Assembly: GCF_000315625.1 (NCBI RefSeq)
Contig: NW_005434671.1
Location: 1 to 64,000 of the forward strand
Direction: 5' to 3'
Origin: Guillardia theta CCMP2712
Lineage: Eukaryota > Protista > Cryptophyta
DNA: 64,000 bases
Shown here: positions 1 through 8,743 of the stretch, in pieces
Layout of the letters: every line of letters begins with the position of its first letter
How positions within the stretch are numbered: position 1 is the first letter of the stretch
Notes under the pieces: generated by a model
Told to the model about the DNA's origin: nothing
Seen by the model: only the letters and a program-made list of their open reading frames with translations
Database searches by the model: none
Translations under genes and position numbers: made by a program

Positions 1-64
1 AAAAAAATTGTTTTTTTCCCGATTTGTCCAGACGGCAGTTCAGCACCTTCTGGAGTCTAGGCTA

Positions 65-862
65 TTATAGTCGACGGTAGATCTCACATATATCACCTGT
101 ACTCGAATCATTGAGCTTAAGGAGTTGGGCCACCTCCGCTAGGATTCCAACTCTGCCCATGTTCTCCTTCTTTGGTCGCATCTTGAACGAGATCGGTGGG
201 TTGGCTGCTGGGTTCACTGCTAGGATCCTCCTTCCAGCCACCTTAAAGGTACCTTCTCCTTTCCAGAATTTCTCTGCCGCCTCGTTGCGGACAAAGGTGA
301 TCACTGCTGGGATCTCTTCTGCCTTCGCCAGGTCAGGCTTGAGGGGAGCCTTGAAGATCAAACTCCTGCTGTCTTGCGTCTGATCTACGATCAAGCCTTG
401 CTCTTCCAGCTTGACGCATAAGTTTTCAACCTGTCTGGAGAAGTATGCAGGTATCCCTAGTACCTTCATGGTAATCGTCTGCACACTCGTGCCCTGGTCA
501 TCATAAGACCTGGCCTCCATCTGCCGTTGCCTGTCTGCTAGAAATTCGGACAGGTACCACTGCCTGGCATCATCACCCCACTGCCCGAGACCTTTCAGAC
601 TCTCCAGTGGTGAAGGTTCAGCAAAGCTGCATGTGTGACTGATGGCTTCGGCTAAGGCTTCCAAGGATATCTCTTTGGCTTTCAGAGCTTTGCTCGTCCT
701 GCTTTTGGGATTCTGCCTTGCGAAGTCATCCAGTCGTCGCACAAGCTCAGCTGGTGACGGCATCGTTCCAGTTTCCGTCTGCCTCTTGAGGTAGCTGGAG
801 GTACGGTACTGCACGATCTCGTCAGGGTTCACAATAGATATTGGCCACATGCTTCGGAGCAT
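65..862 (-). CDS. Element ORF copy A, RRM-like/ORF1p-like protein, C-terminally truncated
   Basis: Intronless ORF with about 20 differences in 265 aa versus copy B. It stops at ICEIYRRL, where copy B continues for about 105 aa. Confidence 0.7.
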   Translation of the reverse strand: MLRSMWPISIVNPDEIVQYRTSSYLKRQTETGTMPSPAELVRRLDDFARQNPKSRTSKALKAKEISLEALAEAISHTCSFAEPSPLESLKGLGQWGDDARQWYLSEFLADRQRQMEARSYDDQGTSVQTITMKVLGIPAYFSRQVENLCVKLEEQGLIVDQTQDSRSLIFKAPLKPDLAKAEEIPAVITFVRNEAAEKFWKGEGTFKVAGRRILAVNPAANPPISFKMRPKKENMGRVGILAEVAQLLKLNDSSTGDICEIYRRL

Positions 863-938
863 TCTCAATGGTTTCCCAAGCTTCCGTCGTTCCTGGCGGC
901 TCTTACTCCACCAGCGCAGGGGTACCGCAAATCTGCAT

Positions 939-1166
939 GCCAGGAAATAAGGAACCTGCCAGGAAATAAGGAACCTGCCAGGAAATAAGGAACCTGCCAG
1001 GAAATAAGGAACCTGCCAGGAAATAAGGAACCTGCCAGGAAATAAGGAACCTGCCAGGAAATAAGGAACCTGCCAGGAAATAAGGAACCTGCCAGGAAAT
1101 AAGGAACCTGCCAGGAAATAAGGAACCTGCCAGGAAATAAGGAACCTGCCAGGAAATAAGGAACCT
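939..1166. repeat. Tandem array, 12 x 19 bp GCCAGGAAATAAGGAACCT
   Basis: Perfect units read directly; 228 bp = 12 x 19. Confidence 0.97.
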
Positions 1167-1199
1167 CCTAAACCCTAAACCCTAAACCCTAAACCCTAA
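1167..1199 (+). repeat. Interstitial telomere tract (CCCTAAA)n
   Basis: CCTAAACCCTAAACCCTAAACCCTAAACCCTAA, the Arabidopsis-type repeat with the C-strand on +. Confidence 0.95.
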
Positions 1200-1257
1200 T
1201 GTGATTTGATTTTAAACATATATCAAGGTAACACCGATTGCAATTAACGTCTTGTTC
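1198..1257 (+). repeat. 60-bp exact direct copy of 5481-5540
   Basis: AATGTGATTTGATTTTAAACATATATCAAGGTAACACCGATTGCAATTAACGTCTTGTTC occurs at both positions. Confidence 0.95.
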
Positions 1258-1302
1258 CCTCTTGACAAGAGGCCCTCGTGCCCTCTTGTCGCACCGCATT
1301 CT

Positions 1303-2415
1303 TCATATTCTTGCCCCGTGCAGCGCCGTTGCTTCCATCTGCACTGAGAACCATTTCAGTATTTTGTCATTCTCTGAGACCAGTCCCAAAGTGACTCCTG
1401 CACGATCCTTTCCATGTCGATCGAATGCTTGAAGAACGATGTCCGCTGCTTCAAGGCTCGAGCACGTTGCGATCCAGTCGACCTCTCTGTTCTGGTTGAC
1501 TGTTTCTATTCCTACCGCAGCGAACACCTTCTTTGGCGGTATGTTCCTCTTGGGGGGGAGGTTCACTGTCATTCCCGCGTTTGGGATCAGATCAATGATC
1601 GCTAATCCCTGCTTCAGGCATAGCTGCCTGTAGATCTCACATATGTCACCTGTGCTCGAATCGTTGAGCATCAGGAGTTGGGCCACCTCAGCTAGGATTC
1701 CAACTCTGCCCATGTTCTCCTTCTTTGGCCGCATCTTGAACGAGATCGGTGGGTTGGCTGCTGGGTTCACTGCTAGAATCCTCCTGCCTGCCACCTTGAA
1801 GGTACCTTCTCCTTTCCAGAGTTTCTCAGCCGCCTCATTGCGGACAAATGTGATCACTGCTGGGATCTCCGCTGCCTGCACAAGGTCAGGCTTCAAGGGA
1901 GCCTTGAAGATCAGGCTCCTGCTGTCTTGCGTCTGATCTACGATCAAGCCTTGCTCTTCAAGCTTGAGGCATAAGTTTTCCACCTGTCTGGAAAAGTATG
2001 CAGGGATCCCAAGTACCTTCATGGTAATCGTCTGCACATTGGTGCCCTGATCATCATATGATCTGGCCTCCATCTGCCTTTGTCTGTCAGCTTGGAACTC
2101 TGACAGGTACCACTGCCTGGCATCGTCACCCCACTGCCTGAGCCCTTTCGGATTCTCCAGTGACGAGGGTTCAGCAAAGCTGCATGTCTGACTGATGGCT
2201 TCGGCTAAGGCTTCCAAGGATATTTCTTTGGCTTTCAGAGCTTTGCTCGTCCTGCTTTTGGGGTTCTGCCTTGCGAATTCGTCCAGTCTCCGCATCAGTT
2301 CGGCTGATGACGGCATCGTTGCAGCTTCCGTCTGCCTCTTGAGGTAGCTGGAGGTACGGTACTGCACGATCTCGTCAGGGTTCACAATAGATATTGGCCA
2401 CATGTTTCGAAGCAT
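1303..2415 (-). CDS. Element ORF copy B, 370 aa, RRM-like/ORF1p-like protein
   Basis: Intronless. TITMKVLGIP ... AVITFVRNEAAEKLWKGEGTFKVAGRRILAV fits the RRM beta1 and beta3-alpha2-beta4 pattern. Confidence 0.7.
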   Translation of the reverse strand: MLRNMWPISIVNPDEIVQYRTSSYLKRQTEAATMPSSAELMRRLDEFARQNPKSRTSKALKAKEISLEALAEAISQTCSFAEPSSLENPKGLRQWGDDARQWYLSEFQADRQRQMEARSYDDQGTNVQTITMKVLGIPAYFSRQVENLCLKLEEQGLIVDQTQDSRSLIFKAPLKPDLVQAAEIPAVITFVRNEAAEKLWKGEGTFKVAGRRILAVNPAANPPISFKMRPKKENMGRVGILAEVAQLLMLNDSSTGDICEIYRQLCLKQGLAIIDLIPNAGMTVNLPPKRNIPPKKVFAAVGIETVNQNREVDWIATCSSLEAADIVLQAFDRHGKDRAGVTLGLVSENDKILKWFSVQMEATALHGARI

Positions 2416-2490
2416 TCTCGATGGTTTCCCGAGCTTCCTGCGTTCCTGGCGACTCTTGCTCTACCACGCAGGGACCCCGCTGATCTGCAT

Positions 2491-2750
2491 GCCTCAGATA
2501 AAGGGATCTGCCTCAGATAAAGGGATCCTGCCTCAGATAAAGGGATCCTGCCTCAGATAAAGGGATCCTGCCTCAGATAAAGGGATCCTGCCTCAGATAA
2601 AGGGATCCTGCCTCAGATAAAGGGATCTGCCTCAGATAAAGGGATCCTGCCTCAGATAAAGGGATCCTGCCTCAGATAAAGGGATCCTGCCTCAGATAAA
2701 GGGATCTGCCTCAGATAAAGTGATCCTCAGGCCTCAGATAAAGGGATCCT
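2491..2750. repeat. Tandem array, about 13 x 20 bp GCCTCAGATAAAGGGATCCT (some 19-bp variants)
   Basis: Read directly. Three units lack one C, and one aberrant unit lies at 2708-2730. Confidence 0.95.
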
Positions 2751-2768
2751 CTAAACCCTAAACCCTAA
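2751..2768 (+). repeat. Interstitial telomere tract
   Basis: CTAAACCCTAAACCCTAA. Confidence 0.9.
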
Positions 2769-2841
2769 GAAGCTGCATCTTCGATGACTGCTGACAGCTC
2801 GCTGACGAGCTGCATGTCCTCTTGGCTTGACGGAGATGCTG

Positions 2842-2899
2842 CCTAAACCCTAAACCTTAAAACCCTAAACCCTAAACCCTAACCCTAAACCCTAAACCC
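2842..2899 (+). repeat. Interstitial telomere tract, partly degenerate (about 8 units)
   Basis: CCCTAAA units plus CCTTAAAA and CCCTAA variants. Confidence 0.95.
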
Positions 2900-3473
2900 A
2901 GCTGTGAACTTGCGACCATCGATCGCGAAGTCCTCTCTTCCCTGCCAGAGCTTCTTCGCTTGTGCATTGCGGAGCCTCGGAGGAAGGAAACAGTCACCGG
3001 GATCCCATCAGCACTCGTCGTTTTACTGTCTTGCACTGAGTCTACGATCTGAGTCCGATCTCTTCGAATTTCTTCTTCAGCTTCTCTTCATGGTTGACAT
3101 ACATCATGGAGATGTAGGAAGTCACCTCGTTGCCTGCTGAGGCGATGTATGTTTCGACCTTCTGCTTCTTGGCTTCTCCATCCAGTCATTGCTTCTTGTA
3201 GAAGCTCACGTCGTGCCTGCTGAAAGTTTGATCCTAGTTTATTAGAATGCTAGAATGTTGCTCGGCCTCCTTGTGGGCTTTTGCAATTTGATCCTAGCAT
3301 CGGATGGTCGCAAGTTCACAGCGTCAGATACGGCGCCGAGTTAAGACGACTGACTCGTGTCAAGGCGGCCCATGTAGCCTAGTAGCGTGTGGGATGAAGA
3401 GGGTCAGTGGCTTTCCTAGCCGTCTTGCTAAGGTCCTCTCATGTCTGGATGCTTGGATTTCACATCCTAGCAT
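2900..3473 (-). pseudogene. Element copy C: decayed, distant homologue of the element ORF
   Basis: Manual minus-strand translation across stops and frameshifts gives ARRLGKPL; EKLKKKFEEIGL/IVDSVQDSKT; GIPVTVSFLR/NAQAKKLWQGREDFAIDGRKFTA. These match RKLGKPL; ENLCLKLEEQGLIVDQTQDSRS; EIPAVITFVRNEAAEKLWKGEGTFKVAGRRILA. Confidence 0.75.
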
Positions 3474-3616
3474 ACAGTCTATCTCTCATGTGCTCCTCAA
3501 ATCAGGCTGGTCTGAGTTCACGGTTCCGGGCGGCGCGGCCGCGCGGCGCCGGGCCCCGCCGGGCCTGAGTAGGAAAAATTGAGGAAAATGTTTACTTAAA
3601 ATCGTACTGCTTGTTG

Positions 3617-4189
3617 ATGGCGGCGTGCAAGGAAGTTATCAGGGTGCAGGAGCAGAGGGCATGTGCCTTCGACGAGATGGAGCAAGCGTTTAAAGCTCTT
3701 CTAAGCTCTCAGATGTGGCTCAACTCCTCCGAAGATGCTGGAAAAAGTGACTGTGAGACAGACTTCATCCAAGTTTGCAACAACGTCACAAGCCGATTCC
3801 AAACTTTGTCAAGCCAGATGATATCCATCGAAGAGGAGTTAAAGCTTTCTCAAGACAATCTAATGCTTGCTAATGTCATACGAAAGATACAAGATGAGGA
3901 GCGGGAGCATCTTCGACTTGTAATCGCTCTGCAAGTTGAAAGGAAACGGTTAGATTTACTAAGGCTCACAGCTGACAAAGCCACGAAATCCCACAACGAA
4001 CATGGTGAGCAACATCGATGTACATGCAGTGCCAAGACGGAGGAGCAAATCGAGGACTTGCAGGATTTGATTTGCATTCAAGAAGACAAGGTCAAGTGGA
4101 TGAAACAGCAAACGCTGAACAGTGAATCTAAAATCAACGAGCTTCTCGATGAAGTGCGATACTGGGAAGTGGACAAGGAAATGATTTAA
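3617..4189 (+). CDS. REX1-B (required for excision 1-B) domain coiled-coil protein
   Basis: QEQRACAFDEMEQAF...VTSRFQTLSSQMISIEEEL...LANVIRKIQDEEREHLRL resembles the REX1-B/C19orf60 family. Confidence 0.65.
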   Translation: MAACKEVIRVQEQRACAFDEMEQAFKALLSSQMWLNSSEDAGKSDCETDFIQVCNNVTSRFQTLSSQMISIEEELKLSQDNLMLANVIRKIQDEEREHLRLVIALQVERKRLDLLRLTADKATKSHNEHGEQHRCTCSAKTEEQIEDLQDLICIQEDKVKWMKQQTLNSESKINELLDEVRYWEVDKEMI

Positions 4190-5620
4190 GCAACTCCTGT
4201 ATTCACACATGGTAAGGAAATTAGGAAAAAATATTTCAAACCTATATCGGTTATCTCGTTCCCAGAGACTAGAAAGGAATGATTAGGCAGAAATGAACCT
4301 CTCACACCTTGCTTGCTCTTTTTTTGATGGTCGTCCGCCTCGACACAGGAAATTGATCAACTCTTAGCAAACTTAGGGAGCACTCTTGCTACTGCATGAT
4401 GCAGTGATCTAAACCCTAAGGCTCATCGGTAGCCTGACTGACTGACAGTATGTGGCAGAACGTTGTGAGAGAATGTCCGATAGCAGCTAAGTCTTCCTGT
4501 TTTCTATGGGCTGCCTACGATCTCGGAATCGAAATTAAACCTTTTAGTTGCACTCTAGGGGTAGTGTTGTCCCCAAGGCAAGCATGGTAACATTCGAAAG
4601 ATTCATTCGGAAAGATTCATTCGGATCAAGGAGAAGAAGGCGATGAAACAGGATGGCACTGCCATTGCGTTGCCCTATGAGTGTTGATCTTGAATGCCAC
4701 ACTGAAAGCTTATTCTTATTTGTTCGTAAGTATGGACAGATGCATCAAGGTTAGCACATAAAGCTGTCGTGGAGGCCCTCGGGTCCACTGAGGCTCAATC
4801 CGATGCCTCGGACCGTACGGCAGCCCAGCTTCAAACTTCAAACTTGACCGAGTGTTTGGGCCTTAGCTCAGTTCCGTCGCGGCTGTACTGAATGCTCTCG
4901 CCTCAGTTACGTGACGACCGGCTTGTGCGCGGCTTAGCTTCACTGAGACGGCAGCGGGTGGGGCCGCGGGTCATCCGGCGAGCCTAACTGGACTAGGTGA
5001 GTCACGTGGTAGCGGCAAGTAATAAAGCGTGATCGGACGGCTGGGAGCAGCCGGTGAGACTGTCAGTGACTCAGAGATTGTCAGTGAGACCTTGAGTCGA
5101 TTTGACAGAAAAGGGTAGGGTACTAGCTAGTCGGAGTACGGCCCATCAGGTACTGCAGCGGGGGTGGAGTCAATCACATTTCAAGGGTTGTCCGTACAGT
5201 AGAGGGTGGGTAGTACACCCTACCTCATGTCTGTACCTATGATTTTGGGGTACAACAATTACGAGGGGTCGTTTTTAATGGAACCGCAGCGCTGCGTTTG
5301 AGGGCAGAATGCCATCCAGCGAATACTTGTTCATGATGTAAGTTACCAAGAAAATAGAAAGAAGTCAAATATGGAAATATTGGAATAGATGTGGATTGAG
5401 GATGTATCGGTGGACATAGTTTGACAAGCAGGATAAAGAATACCTCAAAAAGTTTTGGCAAAATGAGGCAGGAAACATCGAATGTGATTTGATTTTAAAC
5501 ATATATCAAGGTAACACCGATTGCAATTAACGTCTTGTTCTAGGTCGCGCTAAAGAATGAAAATCTTGAAATGTTAGGACCAAGAAAGAAATAAGCTTGA
5601 AGTTGCACAGATCCCTAGAA

Positions 5621-8355
5621 ATGAATCTCTCTATGGACCCTGATGTGTCATTACCAAGATTAGCGGATTCTCGCATACCCAAAGCAAGCTTAATGCTGGA
5701 GAGTGAAATATTCCCTGCGATGGTCATTGACACGCTTGATGAAGTGCACTTAGACCCGGAGTGCCGAAAGATGCCACATACGGTAATGATCAATTTCAAT
5801 AGAGAATCCATCAAGGTGCACAGACGGTATTTTGAAAGAAATGCAAGGAACGAATTGTGCGCACAAAAATGGCTTAGAAGAATCTTTACGTTCAACAGCA
5901 ATGAAGTTCCCTATTACAGCGCTCTTGTTCTTAAGATGGAACAAGAAGAGTGTTACTTGATTTGCTGCGACGAAGCATTGTTGCTACCCGCTGATGTACG
6001 CGAAAGTCTCAAAACTCTGAATCCCTTTCAAAATCATGTGCCAAAAATCCCAAATTTATGCGAAGACCTCGTAATTGATTGCATTGTAAAGTCTCTTGAA
6101 CGAGCAGTCGGGTTGTTCCAGGCGTGGGAGCAAAAGCTTGGAATCAAGATGAAAGTAGGGTATTTTATTCCACCTAATCCAGATGTCGTTCACATTTCTA
6201 GCACCAAAGAAATGAAGCAAGCAACAGAAATGCAAGTTTTCCTCGAGCCAGACGATACAGATGTAGACCGTGGAAGTAAGAACATGGAGATGGACTCAAG
6301 ACCTTCCGATAAGACCTCATTATCAAAGATCGAAGATGGTGTCTTACCGCTAAGACTCAGAGACGTGGGAACAGGACCAAACACATCGGTGAGACTGGAG
6401 GAAGAGAAGATTCATAGCAGCCTCTTTCATTCTCAACCACTCGTGTCTGAGATCGAAGACACAAAAACTATTGACAAAGCAGTCATGAGGGGAAAAGCAA
6501 ATAAACCAAGTACCCGAGCGTCAAGCAGGACATTGATATGGCTGAAGACTAAACTAATTCCGTGTATTTGTATACCTGACATGCCAATCATTGAAGAAGA
6601 CGAAGATAATCTATCTCAGGGTAGCAAAACTAATATTGAAGTAACAGCTCAGCTTGAACTCAACGGCCCTAGTCAGGTAATCGCGTTCCCTTATATCAAG
6701 CTCAAAAAGTGATAAGCGTGAATTCCAGGTTGTTGTTCTGCAACTACCACAGGAAAGTCCGGCCACAACAACAAGTGGTCATATCAGTCTTCAATGTTCC
6801 AGAGGAACTGATGTTCGCCGAGAGACAGAGACCAAAGAAGAAGCTCAAAACCCGATCACAACTCATCACGTAGGGAAAGAAGCACTCGAAACTAAATCGT
6901 TTACTACTTCTGATCTCTCTACACAAACTAGAGAAGCGAAGGAGCTCAACGAACAGATGCTGGGTAACAGTCACCAAGAAACGAAAGCAAGATTGTACAT
7001 CACTCACGATGAGGCCGACACCAAGAACGCACCTAGTGTCCATCACGCGTTGCCAGTGATCGGCAAGGATGTCCAGCCTGTAAAGGGATTGATTGTGCAG
7101 CTTACTCTGCAAGGAAGGAATGGATTGGATGAAAGATTATTGCAATTGTCAGGCAATGGTGTTGGTGTCCTTACACGCATCATGAATGATGGAAAAGTCT
7201 GCGCAGTAAGATGGGAGTGCAAACCTTTGGAGGAGCACTATTACAGAACGGGAAGGTGGGGAAAGTTTGAACTTGAACTTGCAAATCCGTCTCCGGACGA
7301 GGAACTGGCTTCATCTATTTTGATGAGCTCTCAACGAGTCTTCGAAAAGCCAAAAGAGTATTGATTCCCTTCTGTTTGGTTCACGTCATAAATATGTTTA
7401 CAGACCTCTCGCGAAGATTCCAACGCACAGCGCCTCTTCTTATGTAAGATAACTCAAATTTCTTGATCTAGTCATCTTTGGTTCGCTCAATTCTGATTAC
7501 AGATCAATATGCAACCAACTTCGCTCTGGTCAAACGCTGGGAAAATTGATTACACTGTAGGATCTATCGATCATCAGGTTTGTACCTGCCATGCCTGTCT
7601 GCTTTTGATTTATGGTCTCCCAGCAACATGCCAGCTTCAATGCAGAGAGTGCGAATGACGCGTCGGACAGAAACCTCGATAGTCGAAATGAATCGTTACA
7701 GCCAGCTGGCGATGTTGTGGAAGAGAAAGCAGCCAGTGATGTACAACGGCAAGTTTGGGATGATTCTTCGTTCCTTGAAGTTCTCGAAAAACGGCAGAAA
7801 GAATTTCAAGATTTGGAAAGGAAGCACGTGGGGCACGTCGTCTCCGAATCCGAGATGATCTCAATTCGTTTTGACGAGACGAATCCAACAGATACTCCAG
7901 CCGCGCCCTCTCATGTACGTGACATCAAATTCATCTATATTTGCCTGTTCTCCTTATGTCTCATTCTTTTTCTTTTCCTCCTGTTTCTGCGAACTCGAAT
8001 ACATGCTCACCTTGACCATTTTCAGTCTGAAATCAACCCGAGCACGGCTGCGGAGAGACCTGACCAGCTTCGAACGCGACACAAGGTCGAGGGAAATTTC
8101 ATCTACTTCAACAATGGCGGGCCTGAGTTGGAGGGGAAGAATGTCGGGCGCCTGCATGAAATACGAACGAAGAGATCCATGGAGACCAAGAGCGCTGGCA
8201 GGCAGATGACTCCTCGCCCGCTTGACCGCGAGTGGCTACAGAATCACTCCCTCAAGAGCCACGTGAGTAACGACCCTTTGCCACATGAGCGAACCCATGA
8301 AGAGACAAAAGAAACGAATGATGTCAAACGTGGTCGAGAGGAGGAGCGAGATTAG
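5621..8355 (+). CDS. Multi-exon hypothetical protein with a MIB/HERC2-like domain (about 7060-7280) and one C-proximal TM helix
   Basis: ORFs 5597-6712, 6957-7364 and 7612-8355 can be linked by short GT-AG introns. Motif VCAVRW..EHYYRTGRWGKFEL; TM segment FIYICLFSLCLILFLFLLFL. Could be two genes. Confidence 0.5.
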
Positions 8356-8743
8356 CACCGTCATGCTGACGGTTTATTTTAGCCAGCAATCGCTGATGAG
8401 ATTCAAATTCTCCATCGCCTGAGAGGGCAGCCATACAAGACTATCCCTTCCTTTTCCGTCGCGGTGTGTTGATGCTGAGTTTCTGTCTTTGCATGATTTC
8501 TACGACAGACACAGGCAGAGGTGCGGGCGCCAGAGCGACAATTCGGACAAGAGGATCCGTCCAAAGACATAGACGAGGAGGATGATGACTCGGAGTACGA
8601 GTAGGTGTAAAGTTTTAAACAGGACAGTAAGTGGCGCATGGTCAATCAGACGGCTCATAATCCACTTCCTCCGTTGATATGGTCACAGTCCACATCCGAT
8701 TGGTCGTGACTGTAGCTCCTCCAGTTTCTGATCTTGAATGATA

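Larger units (their letters stand above)
65..1166 (-). mobile_element. Telomere-associated element copy A (truncated ORF plus 19-bp tandem array), abutting telomere repeat
   Basis: Homologous to 1258-2750 throughout. Homology breaks near 70-76. Right end is joined directly to CCTAAACCCTAAA. Confidence 0.75.
1258..2750 (-). mobile_element. Telomere-associated element copy B (ORF plus 20-bp tandem array)
   Basis: Same architecture as copy A, with telomere tracts on both sides. Confidence 0.75.

Noticed and set aside
1258-1325. Gag-type zinc knuckle after the copy B stop (alternative frame EECGATRGH)
   Set aside because: Does not fit CX2CX4HX4C, and the region is rearranged.
939-2750. CRISPR-like arrays next to the element ORFs
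   Set aside because: Head-to-tail units without spacers.
2795-2845. Hammerhead ribozyme core (CTGACGA), as expected for Penelope-like elements
   Set aside because: No stem II followed by GAAA can be formed downstream.
1-3500. Reverse transcriptase or endonuclease of the telomeric element
   Set aside because: No RT motifs in any listed ORF, so the element class cannot be assigned from this window.
4409-4419. CTAAACCCTAA as an older telomere-healing scar
   Set aside because: Only 11 bp, so it could be chance; no element relic recognised beside it.
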